From an uncultured Chloroflexia bacterium (GTDB taxonomy: Bacteria; Chloroflexota; Anaerolineae; CG2-30-64-16): DNA of 64,000 nt. The stretch covers positions 1 through 64,000 of the forward strand of contig CAWEMM010000008.1 in the NCBI GenBank assembly GCA_963810095.1. Reading direction: 5' to 3'. The notes beneath the pieces are model-generated. The model saw nothing but the letters and a program-made list of their open reading frames with translations, made no database searches and had not been told where the DNA came from. The stretch's first letter is position 1, and each line of letters opens with the position of its first letter. This document shows, in pieces, positions 49,620-59,767 of the stretch. The position numbers were made by a program, and so were the translations under genes.

Positions 49620-51458
49620 ATGGACGAACAATCCCCGCGTGCGCCACGCCGCGCCCAAGCCGGTGGCACGGTCGCGCTCCCACTGTTGATCATCACCCTC
49701 GCCGTAAGCATGCTCATAATGGGCGGCCTGCTGCTCCCGTCGGGTGCAAGCGAGGCTGCGGGCCCCGATGACGGCCAGCTGAAGTACAAGGTGCTCATCC
49801 CGCTGGTGTCGTTCAGCCCCTTGCGCCCGAACCCAGGCGGCACGCCAACCCCAACACGGCGGTTTACCCGCACGCCGACCGTACAGGCGGGCCAGACGGC
49901 GACTCCGACGGGCACGGCCACGGCCACCAGCACGGACACGCCGGCTAACACGCCGACCGCAACTGCGACGGCAACGGCAACGCCATCGCCAACCCCGACC
50001 AGCCCGCCGCTTAACACATCGCACGCCGGCCGCTTCACAACCTATGAGGGCAGCAAGACGTGCATGGCCTGCCACCTGCAGCAGACGAAGGACGCTCACG
50101 GCAGCCAACACTATCAATGGAACGGGCCTGCGCCCTACGCCACCGGCCTGACGACCGGCGGCAAGCTGGGTGCGATCAACGACTTCTGCGGCTACCCCGA
50201 CATCAATTGGCTCAGCGTGCTCACGAACATCGACGGCCAACCGACCGACGGCGGGTGCGCCACCTGCCATGGGGGGATGGGCGCCCGGCCGAGCAAAGAC
50301 CAGACCCAGGCGCAGCTCGAAAACGTCGATTGCCTGATGTGCCACTCCGAGACGTACAAGCGCAAGGTGATCAACGACGGCGGCGTATTCAAGCTGGTGC
50401 CTGCGCCCGAGCGGATGACCGTGCCGCTGCTGCAGGCGATTACCGACATCAAAAAGCCGACGAAGGCCAACTGTCTGACCTGCCACGTTAGCTCGGGCGG
50501 CGGCGCCAACAACAAGCGCGGCGACCTCGAACCGAGCCACGTCGACCCACCGCGCACGTTCGACGTGCACATGGCGTCGAAGGCGAACGGCGGGCAGGGC
50601 TTCACCTGCCAGAGCTGCCACATCACGCAGAACCATCACATTGCGGGCCGCGGCTCCGACATCCGCGCCACAGACCTGGACGTGCCGGTGAAGTGCACGA
50701 ACTGCCACAATCAGAAGCCACACGGCAACACGAACATCGACAAGCACACGACCAAACTCGAGTGCAGCGTCTGTCACATCCCGGCGTTCGCCAAGGTGAC
50801 CTCGACAGACATGTTCCGCGACTTCAGCACCGTGGAGGTCAACGAGCCCCGGCGGCTGTACGAGCCGAAAATCACCCGGGGGGCCAACGTGGTGCCGCAG
50901 TACGCCTGGTTCAACGGCACGTCGACGTTCTACGAGTTCGGCCAGCCGATCACGTATGGCCCGAACGGCCGGGTAGTTATGTCGACCCCGAACGGCGGAG
51001 TGAACGATGCGAAGGCCAAGCTGTTTGCCTTCAAGTACCACCAGGCGAGCCAGGCGCACGATCCTGTCAGCAACCGCATCCTGCCGATGAAGATGGGCAT
51101 CCTCTTCCAGGACGGCAACGTCGACCTGGCGATCAAGAAGGGCGTCGAGGCGCTGGGCTGGACCTTGCCGCAGGGGTATGACTTTGTGCCGACCGAGCGG
51201 CTGCTCTCGATCAACCACGAGGTGGCGCCGCACGAGCAGGCCCTCACCTGTGACACATGCCACGCCACCAATGCGACCCGGATGAACTGGGCCAAGCTGG
51301 GCTACACCCCGAAGACGACGCGCAACGGCAAGCCGCTGTGCCAGAGCTGTCATGGTGCGGAAAACGAGGACTGGAGCAACTACTTCTACGGGGTGCACCA
51401 GCAGCACGTGAGCGAGGAACGCATCGCCTGCTCCGAGTGCCACAACTTTAGCCGGTAG
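49620..51458 (+). CDS. Exported multiheme c-type cytochrome, octaheme tetrathionate reductase-like, 10 CxxCH motifs
   Basis: CMACH, CATCH, CLMCH, CLTCH, CQSCH, CTNCH, CSVCH, CDTCH, CQSCH, CSECH; GKLGAINDFC, FDVHM, HHIAGR, INHEVAP; Pro/Thr linker. Confidence 0.88.
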   Translation: MDEQSPRAPRRAQAGGTVALPLLIITLAVSMLIMGGLLLPSGASEAAGPDDGQLKYKVLIPLVSFSPLRPNPGGTPTPTRRFTRTPTVQAGQTATPTGTATATSTDTPANTPTATATATATPSPTPTSPPLNTSHAGRFTTYEGSKTCMACHLQQTKDAHGSQHYQWNGPAPYATGLTTGGKLGAINDFCGYPDINWLSVLTNIDGQPTDGGCATCHGGMGARPSKDQTQAQLENVDCLMCHSETYKRKVINDGGVFKLVPAPERMTVPLLQAITDIKKPTKANCLTCHVSSGGGANNKRGDLEPSHVDPPRTFDVHMASKANGGQGFTCQSCHITQNHHIAGRGSDIRATDLDVPVKCTNCHNQKPHGNTNIDKHTTKLECSVCHIPAFAKVTSTDMFRDFSTVEVNEPRRLYEPKITRGANVVPQYAWFNGTSTFYEFGQPITYGPNGRVVMSTPNGGVNDAKAKLFAFKYHQASQAHDPVSNRILPMKMGILFQDGNVDLAIKKGVEALGWTLPQGYDFVPTERLLSINHEVAPHEQALTCDTCHATNATRMNWAKLGYTPKTTRNGKPLCQSCHGAENEDWSNYFYGVHQQHVSEERIACSECHNFSR

Positions 51459-51477
51459 CAGCGCCTCGGGCCACAAA

Positions 51478-51507
51478 GGGCTGCGGGACACATTCTCCCG
51501 CAGCCCC
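51478..51507 (+). terminator. Hairpin after the cytochrome gene
   Basis: gggctgcggga-cacattc-tcccgcagccc. Confidence 0.55.
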
Positions 51508-51509
51508 GT

Positions 51510-51884
51510 GCATGTGCCATACATATCATAAAAATAGACATATGCCGGCCCGCAGTCGTTCGTCGGGCCGGTTTTTGCTTTGCGAGCGCCTGGCGGCGAA
51601 GCCAGTTGCACCGCCTGTAGTCAAAGGATGTGTATACTTTTATGATATGTATGCCATATATCAGCCCTGTCTTGAACTTTCTATAGCAGGAAAAAGTGCC
51701 AGACTCGGCTGTGAGTAGCCAGGCTCGCTGGCGCGCCAGCGTAGCTCGCGAAGCCAGTTGCACCGCCTGTATTCGAAGGATTTGTATACTTTTATGATAT
51801 GTCTGCCATATATCAGCCCTGTCTTGAACTTTCTATAGCAGCATAAAGTGCCCGATTCGGCTGTCAGGAGCCAGGCTCGCTGGC
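51510..51884. repeat. AT-rich ~137 bp tandem direct repeat (51596-51732, 51748-51884) plus an inverted partial copy (51510-51545); ori-like
   Basis: gcgaagccagttgcaccgcctgta...tatacttttatgatatgt...gccaggctcgctggc twice, period 152 bp; catacatatcataaaaatagaca is the inverted core. Confidence 0.88.
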
Positions 51885-53261
51885 ACCCGGCACCCGCAAG
51901 CGGTAGGGCACCTGGCGGCCCGTCTTGGGCAAGCGCTCGACGGCGCCCTGGGCCACCAGGTCGTTGAGCAGCGGGTGCAGGTTCGAGTGGCTGATGCCCA
52001 CCGCCTTCGCTAACTCGGTAAGGGTCAGCGGTTGCCCGCTTTCCCCCAGGGCTTCGAGGATGCGGCCCCGGTTCCCCTGCTGCGCCACCTCTTCGCTCGT
52101 ACCCAGGCACTGCCACAGGCTCGTGGCCGGGTCCCACGACAGCACGAGGTCTTGCCATTCCACGTCGCGCCCGACGACCTTCAGGCTCACGTTGCGCTGT
52201 CCCTGCTCGCGCGACAGCCCCAGCGCTCCGTCGGCCACGGCGCTCTTGGCCGTGGAGCCGATCAGGTCGTCGATTGGGTTGGCTTCGCCCAGGCCGGTCG
52301 GTTTCTTGTGGTGGTCGATGGCCAGGACGGCCAGGTCATGCTCCAGGGCCAGGGCCTGGAGCTGGCCCAGCACCATCGTCATTTCCGACAGGTCCTGCTG
52401 GTCGACCGGGCCCAGCAGGCGGCCCAGGGTGTCGAGCACGACGAGCGCGTGGGGGTTGTCGGCGATGGCCTGCGCCAGCAGCTCCAGCCCGCCGTGGGTC
52501 AGGTAGGGCCAGGCCAGCTCGAAGCGGATGGTGGCGGTGGGCGGCATGTGCAGCCTGCGGGTGCGTTCCTGGAGCCGCCGGGCGTTGTCCTCCAGCGCGA
52601 CATAGAGCACCCGGCCCTGCTCCACGGGCCGGTCGAGCACCTGGCCGCCCGTGCTGACGGCGATGGCGGTCTGCAGCCCCAGCCACGACTTGCCGATTTT
52701 GGGACGCCCGGCCAGGAAGGTGAGCCCGACGGGAATCAACCCGGCGACCAGCATGTGGGCCTCGCCAAGCTTGGCCGCCAGCAGCTCGGCGGCGTCCCAC
52801 GACGTCTGGCGCTTGGGCATGTCGGACGCCGGCTTGGGCGTGACGTACTTGAGCAGCTCCGCGCCGACGTCGGCCAGCGCCTGTTTCCACATTTCGTTGG
52901 GGGGATAGAGCGCCTGCGCCTGCCGCTGGATCAGGGCGAGCGCGTGGCGGCGTTGGGCCAGCTCGCGCACCTCAGCGGCCCAGATGGGGGCGTTGCCGCT
53001 GTAGACATCGCGCGCCATCAGGAGGGTCAGCGCGGTCAGGGAAACCTCGCCGTCCTGCTTGCTCAGTTCGTGGTGCAGCACTTCGGGGTCGATGTAGGTC
53101 CCGCTGCGTGCGAGCTGCTGTCCGGCGGCCCAAATGCGGGCGTTCTGCTCGCCGTGGAAATCGTCCGGGGCCACGTCGAGCAGGAAGTTATCGCCGTCGA
53201 CGAGAGCGCAGGCCAGCAGGTTTGCTTCGGCCTCGGGGTCGTAGAGCTTCGGTTTTGCCAT
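51864..53261 (-). CDS. Mobile-element replication helicase: DnaB N-terminal-like + AAA_25 ATPase + C-terminal winged HTH
   Basis: DPEAEANLLACALVD...PDDFHGEQNARIW; Walker A GRPKIGKS; VLYVALED; VVLDTL; IDHHKK; LTLTELAKAVGISHSNL. Confidence 0.85.
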   Translation of the reverse strand: MAKPKLYDPEAEANLLACALVDGDNFLLDVAPDDFHGEQNARIWAAGQQLARSGTYIDPEVLHHELSKQDGEVSLTALTLLMARDVYSGNAPIWAAEVRELAQRRHALALIQRQAQALYPPNEMWKQALADVGAELLKYVTPKPASDMPKRQTSWDAAELLAAKLGEAHMLVAGLIPVGLTFLAGRPKIGKSWLGLQTAIAVSTGGQVLDRPVEQGRVLYVALEDNARRLQERTRRLHMPPTATIRFELAWPYLTHGGLELLAQAIADNPHALVVLDTLGRLLGPVDQQDLSEMTMVLGQLQALALEHDLAVLAIDHHKKPTGLGEANPIDDLIGSTAKSAVADGALGLSREQGQRNVSLKVVGRDVEWQDLVLSWDPATSLWQCLGTSEEVAQQGNRGRILEALGESGQPLTLTELAKAVGISHSNLHPLLNDLVAQGAVERLPKTGRQVPYRLRVPGASEPGS

Positions 53262-53529
53262 CGCTTCGCCTCCCAGAGCGGAATTAACAAAAAAAGGGGC
53301 GTCCATCTCCGACGCAAATGCGTCAGGATGAACGCCCCGGAAATCTCTCATCGCCGGCGGGCGCAGGTGGGTGTTCGGGGAGGCAGGTCAGTGGCGGCTC
53401 GGCGGGCCTCGCCGTGCGAGTGCGCCGGTCCTTGCCGTGAGGGGGTTGCTCCCGTCACCCGGCAGGGAGAATAACACAAGTGTTCTGATCGCGCAAATCG
53501 GCGTTGGGGGGTTGAGGGGGGCGTGCATT

Positions 53530-53557
53530 TTGACAACGTGCGGCAGTGGATTATAAT
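53530..53557 (+). promoter_or_regulatory. Sigma70 promoter for tRNA-Gly
   Basis: TTGACA-N16-TATAAT. Confidence 0.7.
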
Positions 53558-53588
53558 GCCAGCCGTGTCTGGCCGAGGCCGGACCGAT

Positions 53589-53660
53589 GCGGGTATAGTT
53601 CAGCGGTAGAACGTCAGCTTCCCAAGCTGGATGTCACCGGTTCGAATCCGGTTACCCGCT
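53589..53660 (+). tRNA. tRNA-Gly (CCC)
   Basis: GCGGGTATAGTTCAGCGGTAGAAC-TCAGC TTCCCAA GCTGG-...GGTTCGAATCCGGTTACCCGCT. Confidence 0.95.
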
Positions 53661-53740
53661 CTTCACTACGATCCGGTAGTGGTTCTCGGCTACCGGCGCC
53701 ACGTATCTAGTGGCACGGCGCTCAAATCAGGGAGGGAACC

Positions 53741-54680
53741 ATGCCGCATGACACTCAGCTTCGGCAAAACGGTGAACCAGCTGTTCGTGCTTCGCCAGAC
53801 CGCAACCCCTCGATCTGACCCTCGACATTTTCATCACGGCGAAAGAAGGCCGAGCGCTGCACGCCGCGCACCATCGAAACCTATCGCTTGACCCTCGGGC
53901 GGTTCCGCGACTGGCTCCGCGATCAGGAAGTGACGCAGGCCGAGGATCATGCCCGCACCACATCCGCCTGTTCCTGGCCGAACTGGACAAGACAGGGTCT
54001 GGCCGCATGCCTACATCCACATCCATGCCCGCGCCATCAAGACCTGGGTGCGCTTCCTGCATCGCCGAGGAGCTGATGCCGACCGACCCATGGCGAAGGT
54101 CGCGATGCCCCGGCTGGACAAGACGATCCTCCCGGCATTCACACCGAAGACGTAGGCAACTGCTGAACGCTTGCGGCACCGAGCGGGATAAGGCCCTGGT
54201 CGTACTTCCTGCTTGATCGGGCTGCCGCGCAGCGGAGCTCGTGCGCGCTGAACGTTAGGTGACGTGAACAGCAAGAGCGGCAGCGTCATGATCCGGCAGG
54301 GCAAGGGGCGAAAGGACCGCGTCGCTTTCCTGGGGTCAAAAGCGCGCAAGGTACTGATGAAGTACATGATGACCCGTCCTGATGCTCCCGACGATGAACC
54401 GCTGTTTCCGTCGAGCAAGACCGGCGGCGCCTTGACCCCCGATGGCTTGCTTTTGCTGCTGCGCCGCCTGGGCAAGAAGGCCAACGTCCCGCACTGCCAT
54501 CCTCACACTTTCAGGCGCAGCTTTGCCTTGTGGTCCTTGCGGGCGGGCATGAGCGTGTACGCATTGCAGCAGATTATGGGGCACTCCGATTTGAGCGTGT
54601 TACGCAAATACCTCGCGCTGGTCGACCAAGACCTGCATGAGGCACACCGGAAGCATGGCGCGGTGGATACGATGCTGTGA
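53741..54680 (+). mobile_element. Tyrosine recombinase/integrase (XerC/D-like; several frameshifts) immediately downstream of tRNA-Gly
   Basis: RBS GGAGG; IHARAIKTWVRFL, QGKGRKDR, HPHTFRRSFA, MGHSDLSVLRKY catalytic motifs. Confidence 0.85.
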
Positions 54681-54774
54681 CCGCCGAACTCGCAGCGATG
54701 AAAGGGGCAGATGAGCCGGCTGGTGCAAGGGTGCCAAGGGTGCGTACGGCCCTTCGGCTGACCTGGGGCAAAGT

Positions 54775-54806
54775 GGGAGCGGCTCCGGCAGTTCCGGAGC
54801 CGCTCG
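54775..54806. terminator. Hairpin between convergent integrase and sulfite oxidase genes
   Basis: gagcggctccgg-cagtt-ccggagccgctc. Confidence 0.55.
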
Positions 54807-54830
54807 CGTTGTGGCCACGCGTCGCTCAGT

Positions 54831-56525
54831 TCATTTCAGCGGGATGTCCTTCAGGCTGCTTTGCGACAGCTGCGTATTCGGCTGGACGAACTGGTTTTGC
54901 AATAGCAGGTACGCTGTCACCTGCATGTACTGATCATCGGTGAGCGAGCCGGGCGCATCAAAAGGCATAGTGCGGTGGATGAAGCTGTACATCTCGCCCG
55001 CATCGCCGTATTTCTTCAGGTTCTCCTTCGTGCCCCAGAGGGCCGGCGCGGTGACACCTTGCCCCTCCGGCCCGTGACACGCAACGCACCGCTGGTACAC
55101 CGTCTTGCCCGAGGCGGCAAGCACGGCCGCCGTCTGTCCGCTGGCAGTCGCTCCGGCAGCAATTGGCGTGCCGCCAGTTGCCGCGGCTGCGGCCGGTTGG
55201 ACCGTCGGAACCGGCGTGGGCGTGGGCAAGGTCGCCGTCACGACGATGGGATGCGGCACATACGCGCCGTACACATATCCCTGCTGGTTCCACTTCTGCT
55301 TGGCGACGTCGTACTGCACGTTACCCTTGCTGTCGATCGCCCGGGGCGTGATCGTGCCTTGCCCTTCCTTCAGGTTTGCTTCAAACGTCCAGTGCACGCC
55401 CGCCTTCTCCGTGTTCGGCGTCTCCAGTTTTGCCAGCTGCCAGGTCTTGCCGCCGTCCAGGCTGACCTCCACCTTGGCAATCGTCCCGTTCGGCGACCAA
55501 GCCATGCCTTGGATTATCTGCCTGCCGGGCTGCAGATAGGCAGGCCACGGAAGCGCCACCGCACTCTTCATCACCTGCTCGTTCACGGGCGGCCCCTTGG
55601 CAGGCGTGCCTTGCGGGGGCGTGTAGTCCGGCCCAATGAAAACATAGCTGTTGGTGTTCTTATCCGTCCAGATAGGCTTTTCCGACACAGTGATCGACCC
55701 CACCCACTTGATGTTGTTGACGCCGACCCAGCCGGGTACAACAGTGCGCACGGGAAAGCCGTGGTCCCGCGGTAGCAACTCGCCGTTCATGAGGTAGGCC
55801 AGAATGACGTCCTCCTGCATGGCCTTGTCGACGGGGATCGGCCGCTCGACCTTAGGGCCATCCAGGCCGGTTGCCATGACCTGGATCGCGCTCTTGCGGA
55901 TCTTCGCACGGCTCAGAATCGCCGACAGCGGCACGCCCGTCCATTCAGCCACGCCGTAGGCACCAAAATGCCACTGCCCGCCTTGCGCGGGGTTGTTCAT
56001 CTGCGAGGTGTAGAAGGACCGGCCGTTGCCCGCGCACTCGACGTACCGCGTCACTTTGACGGAAGGCATGGCCAGGATGTCGTCGTAGGTGAGCTCGAGC
56101 GGGTTGTCGATACCGTCGCCCTTCACGATGAGCCGCCAGTTTGACACGTCGACAAACGGGGTGCTTTCGTGGCTGCGAACGAAGAAGAGCGAGTCAGGAG
56201 TCCGGTAGCCCTGGTCCACCGCTCGTTCGAGCCGGGTCTCGTAGTTTGCGCCGCCAATCGGGATGAAGAATTGCCCTGGTGTCGGTTTGAGGGTAGGTGG
56301 TCGGGACGGCGCCGCGTGCTGAGCTGCCGTCGTCCCGGCTGTCGCCGCAGCCGTTGGCGTTCCGGTTCCTGCCGCCGTCCCTGCGGCCGTCGTTCCGCTT
56401 GCGGCGGGCGCGGCAGTCTGCGCTGCGCTCGAACCTACCGCCAGGCCGGCTGCCCCGATCGCGGCGCCTCCGGCGCCCAGGGCAGTCAAGAAGTTTCGTC
56501 TGGATACGCGCTTTCTCTGTGCCAT
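54831..56525 (-). CDS. Tat-exported sulfite oxidase family molybdoenzyme fused to a C-terminal cytochrome c
   Basis: SRRNFL Tat; FFVRSH, ECAGNGR, WTGVPL, HGFPVRTVVPGW, IKWV, VEVSLDGGKTW; CVACHG...MPFDAPGSL. Confidence 0.92.
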   Translation of the reverse strand: MAQRKRVSRRNFLTALGAGGAAIGAAGLAVGSSAAQTAAPAASGTTAAGTAAGTGTPTAAATAGTTAAQHAAPSRPPTLKPTPGQFFIPIGGANYETRLERAVDQGYRTPDSLFFVRSHESTPFVDVSNWRLIVKGDGIDNPLELTYDDILAMPSVKVTRYVECAGNGRSFYTSQMNNPAQGGQWHFGAYGVAEWTGVPLSAILSRAKIRKSAIQVMATGLDGPKVERPIPVDKAMQEDVILAYLMNGELLPRDHGFPVRTVVPGWVGVNNIKWVGSITVSEKPIWTDKNTNSYVFIGPDYTPPQGTPAKGPPVNEQVMKSAVALPWPAYLQPGRQIIQGMAWSPNGTIAKVEVSLDGGKTWQLAKLETPNTEKAGVHWTFEANLKEGQGTITPRAIDSKGNVQYDVAKQKWNQQGYVYGAYVPHPIVVTATLPTPTPVPTVQPAAAAATGGTPIAAGATASGQTAAVLAASGKTVYQRCVACHGPEGQGVTAPALWGTKENLKKYGDAGEMYSFIHRTMPFDAPGSLTDDQYMQVTAYLLLQNQFVQPNTQLSQSSLKDIPLK

Positions 56526-56796
56526 CGTCGCGGTTCTCCTTGTGCCATCACTACATTCACGAACGCGCCTATACGATCGCTGAATCGGGACAGGGCGACT
56601 GCTTCGATCGCCTCTTCATCGTTAGATCATACTACGCGTCAGTGCCCTCGTCATGCTGCGATTGTCGCATCTGCGATCCGTCGCCGCCTAAAAACCCCAC
56701 CGGCGCCGAATACGCGCGTAACGCAAAGGCCAGCGTTGCATCTTAGTCTACCAGGACCCAGATCTCATTCGCGATGATTACCTGGAGGAGGGCAAG

Positions 56797-57390
56797 ATGA
56801 GTGTCAGAGCTGACGGCACCGCATCCTGCAAAGAAGCTGGCCGCCGCAAAGCGGAACCCAAGTTGTTGATTCCGCTGATCGTTGCCTTCACAGGCATCGC
56901 CGTGGTGCTCGCCGGCCTCGTGCTTCTCGGACTCAACGGCTCCTCGTCGTCAGCCGCCGTCTCTGCGCCCCAGGTCGGCCGCCCGCTCGCTGATTTCACC
57001 TTGACCGACCTCTCGGGCAAGCAGGTGCACCTAAGCGACTACGCGGGGCGGCCGGTTCTGATCAATGCGTGGGCCACGTGGTGTCCGCCGTGCCGCGCCG
57101 AAATGCCAGATCTCCAGCAGTTGTACCAGCGGCACGAAGAAGAGGGGTTCGTCGTGCTTGCGGTCAATGCAGGCGAGGACGCCTCGATCGTAAAGAGCTT
57201 CATCCAGCAGAGCATGTTCACCTTCCCGGTGTTACAGGACCCGCAAATGGCGCTCCTCGATGGCTTCGGCGTCCGCAGCTATCCGACGTCGATCGTCGTC
57301 GGCAGGGATGGCAGAGTGAAGCTGGTGCAGGTGGGCATGCTCACGCCCGACGCGATCAAGGGCGTCGTGGAGCCGATGATAAGCCAGTAA
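56797..57390 (+). CDS. TlpA/ResA family membrane-anchored thiol:disulfide oxidoreductase
   Basis: N-terminal TM; INAWATWCPPCRAEMP; YPTS. Confidence 0.93.
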   Translation: MSVRADGTASCKEAGRRKAEPKLLIPLIVAFTGIAVVLAGLVLLGLNGSSSSAAVSAPQVGRPLADFTLTDLSGKQVHLSDYAGRPVLINAWATWCPPCRAEMPDLQQLYQRHEEEGFVVLAVNAGEDASIVKSFIQQSMFTFPVLQDPQMALLDGFGVRSYPTSIVVGRDGRVKLVQVGMLTPDAIKGVVEPMISQ

Positions 57391-57402
57391 GGGGCCCGAC
57401 CC

Positions 57403-58298
57403 TCAGACGCTCTGCGTCTCGGTGAGTACATCGCGAAAAGCGCGCGCGGCCGGGCTGAGAGTACGACCGATAAGCCGCACCCGCGTAAAGGTGCGGCGCA
57501 TATCGAGGCCTTTAATCGGCAGAATCACGAGTCTGCCGAGGCGGAGTTCATCGACGATCGTCGCGCGCGAGACGATCGCCAAACCCAGTCCGGCGGCAAT
57601 TGTTTCCTTGATCGCCTCCGTGCTGCCCAGCTCTACCGTATGCTTCAACTGAATCCCTCTCTGGGCGAGCGCGGCTTCGCCGACTTCGCGCGTGCCTGAA
57701 CCCACCTCGCGAATTAGGAACAGCTGGTCTTCCAGCATGCTGGCCGGCAACGGTTCTGCAGCCGCGGTGCGGACAAGGGGATGGCCTGGGGCTGCGATTA
57801 GGACCAACTCGTCAGGCCGCCACGCTTCACACTCGATGCGTTCGTCGGCGACCGGTCCCTCTACCAGCGCGACGTCCAACTGGTACTCGAGGAGCAGGCC
57901 CAGGATGGTCTGCGTGTTCTGGATCGTGAGGCGCAGGTCGATAGCCGGATGGCTGCTCAGAAAGGCCGCAATGACCGGCGGCAACAAGTAGGCCGCAATC
58001 GTCGTGCTCGATCCGACGCGGAGAGTGCCGCGGTGCAAGCCCCGCAGTGCCTGCAAATCCTCTTCGGCAGTCTGCTCGACAGATAGGATCGCGCGCCCCG
58101 CTCAGCCAGCAGCGCACCCGCCTCGGTAAGAGTCAGCTTGCCCGCGGCGCGCTCGAACAACGGCACACCCAACTGGTTCTCGAGTTCCTTCACGGCCTTA
58201 CTCACGGCGGGCTGACTGATGTACAGAACCTCGGCAGCGCGCGAGAAGCTCATGTGCTGAGCCACGACGGTGAAGATCCGCAGCAGATGCAGCTTCAT
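57403..58298 (-). CDS. LysR family regulator, CysL/YeiE-like (frameshift near 58090)
   Basis: SFSRAAEVLYISQPAVSKAVKELE; LRVGSSTTIAAYLLP; REVGSGTR; GSTEAIK. Confidence 0.92.
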
Positions 58299-58414
58299 GC
58301 CATAACCTCTTCTCATACCCCCATGAAAAAGATGTATTTGAATTATACCTGTTGTTGGAGTAAATTGTCACGAGCACTGCAAGTGGCGTGTAGCGAGTGA
58401 AGGAGTGAGTTGAC

Positions 58415-59246
58415 GTGCATCCGGTACTGTTGTTCCTCGTATCGATTGCGGCAGGGTTCGTCGGGGCGATGAGTGGGATGGGCGGCGGCGTGGTCCTGGT
58501 GCCCGCGCTGACGCTTCTTGGAATAGATATCAAGCATGCCATTGCGATCAGCATCGTCTCGGTGATCGCGACCTCAAGCGGCTCAGCGGCGGCCTACGTC
58601 CGCGACCACATCACCAATCTCAAGGTCGGCATGTTCCTGGAGATGTTTACCATAGTGGGGGCGCTGGTCGGCGCGGCTATCACCGTGGCGATCAACCCGA
58701 ACCTGCTGTTCCTGGCCTTCGGCCTCGTCCTGCTTGCATCATGGACCGCGCTGTTCCTGCAACGCAACGTGGCGTGGACGCCCGTCGCTCACGTGGACGG
58801 CTTCTCGCGCTGGCTGGAGCTGAGCGGCTCGTACTACGATCAGGCGGCGGACGAGCAGATCAGCTACCACGCCGGCCGGGCCTACTGTCGGCGGCCCGTT
58901 GATGATGGGCGCGGGGCTCATCGCCGGACTGCTCGGCATCGGTGCCGGCGCGCTGAAGGTCTTGATCCACGACCTGGTGATGGGTCTGCCTCCGAAAGTC
59001 TCCACCACGACCAGCAATCTGATCATCGGCGTCACCGCGCTGGCCGGCACCAGCGTCTACCTGGCTGCGGGCATGATCGATCCGGGTCTTGCCGCGCCGA
59101 TCATCCTGGGCATCGTCATCGGCGCATTTATCGGCACGCGGGTGCTGGTGCGGCTGCGCAATGAAGCAGTGCGCCGCTTCTTCCTGGTCGTGCTCTTCGT
59201 GCTCGGCGCGCAGATGCTGCTGCGTGGACTGGGGGTGCGGCTATGA
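58415..59246 (+). CDS. TauE/SafE family membrane protein (frameshift near 58885)
   Basis: GMGGGVVLVP, SVIATSSGSAAAYV, GLLGIGAGALKV, KVSTTTSNLIIGVTA. Confidence 0.9.
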
Positions 59247-59760
59247 ACCGGAAGAACGAACCCGACGGAGTTAGTCGAGCAGGACGAGGTCCGGTCCAGG
59301 GCGCGCGGCAACGGCCACGAGACGATCGCACCCGATAACGGCCAACCGGCCGCATCGGAAACCGAGCCAAGCCGCGCGCCAAGGATAAGGGCCGCGAAGC
59401 AACTCAACATGGATGTCCTCGTCGGCTACGTGCTGGCGGGCGGCGTCATCACGGCGATGGTCCTCATTACCGCCGGCCTTGATCTGGCACTGGGCCGCGA
59501 CAGGCTCGCTGGGCCTGGAATATACGATGGGCGGGATGAACTTCTTCCGGTTCGTCGTGTCTGACGTGGCGACCGTCATCCGCACGGGCTTCGGCCCGCG
59601 GCGCATGATCAACCTCGGCATTGCCGTCCTGATGCTCACGCCCTTCATCCGGGTGGCATCGTCTATGGTCTACTTCGGCGTGATCGAGCACAACTGGAAG
59701 TACACGATCTTCACAGGCTTCGTACTCGCCGTTCTGACGTACAGCCTGTTCCTGAGGTAA
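59243..59760 (+). CDS. DUF1634-like membrane protein (frameshifted; start uncertain)
   Basis: MDVLVGYVLAGGVI; INLGIAVLMLTPFIRV; YTIFTGFVLAVL; typical partner of this TauE subfamily. Confidence 0.7.
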
Positions 59761-59767
59761 TTGACGA

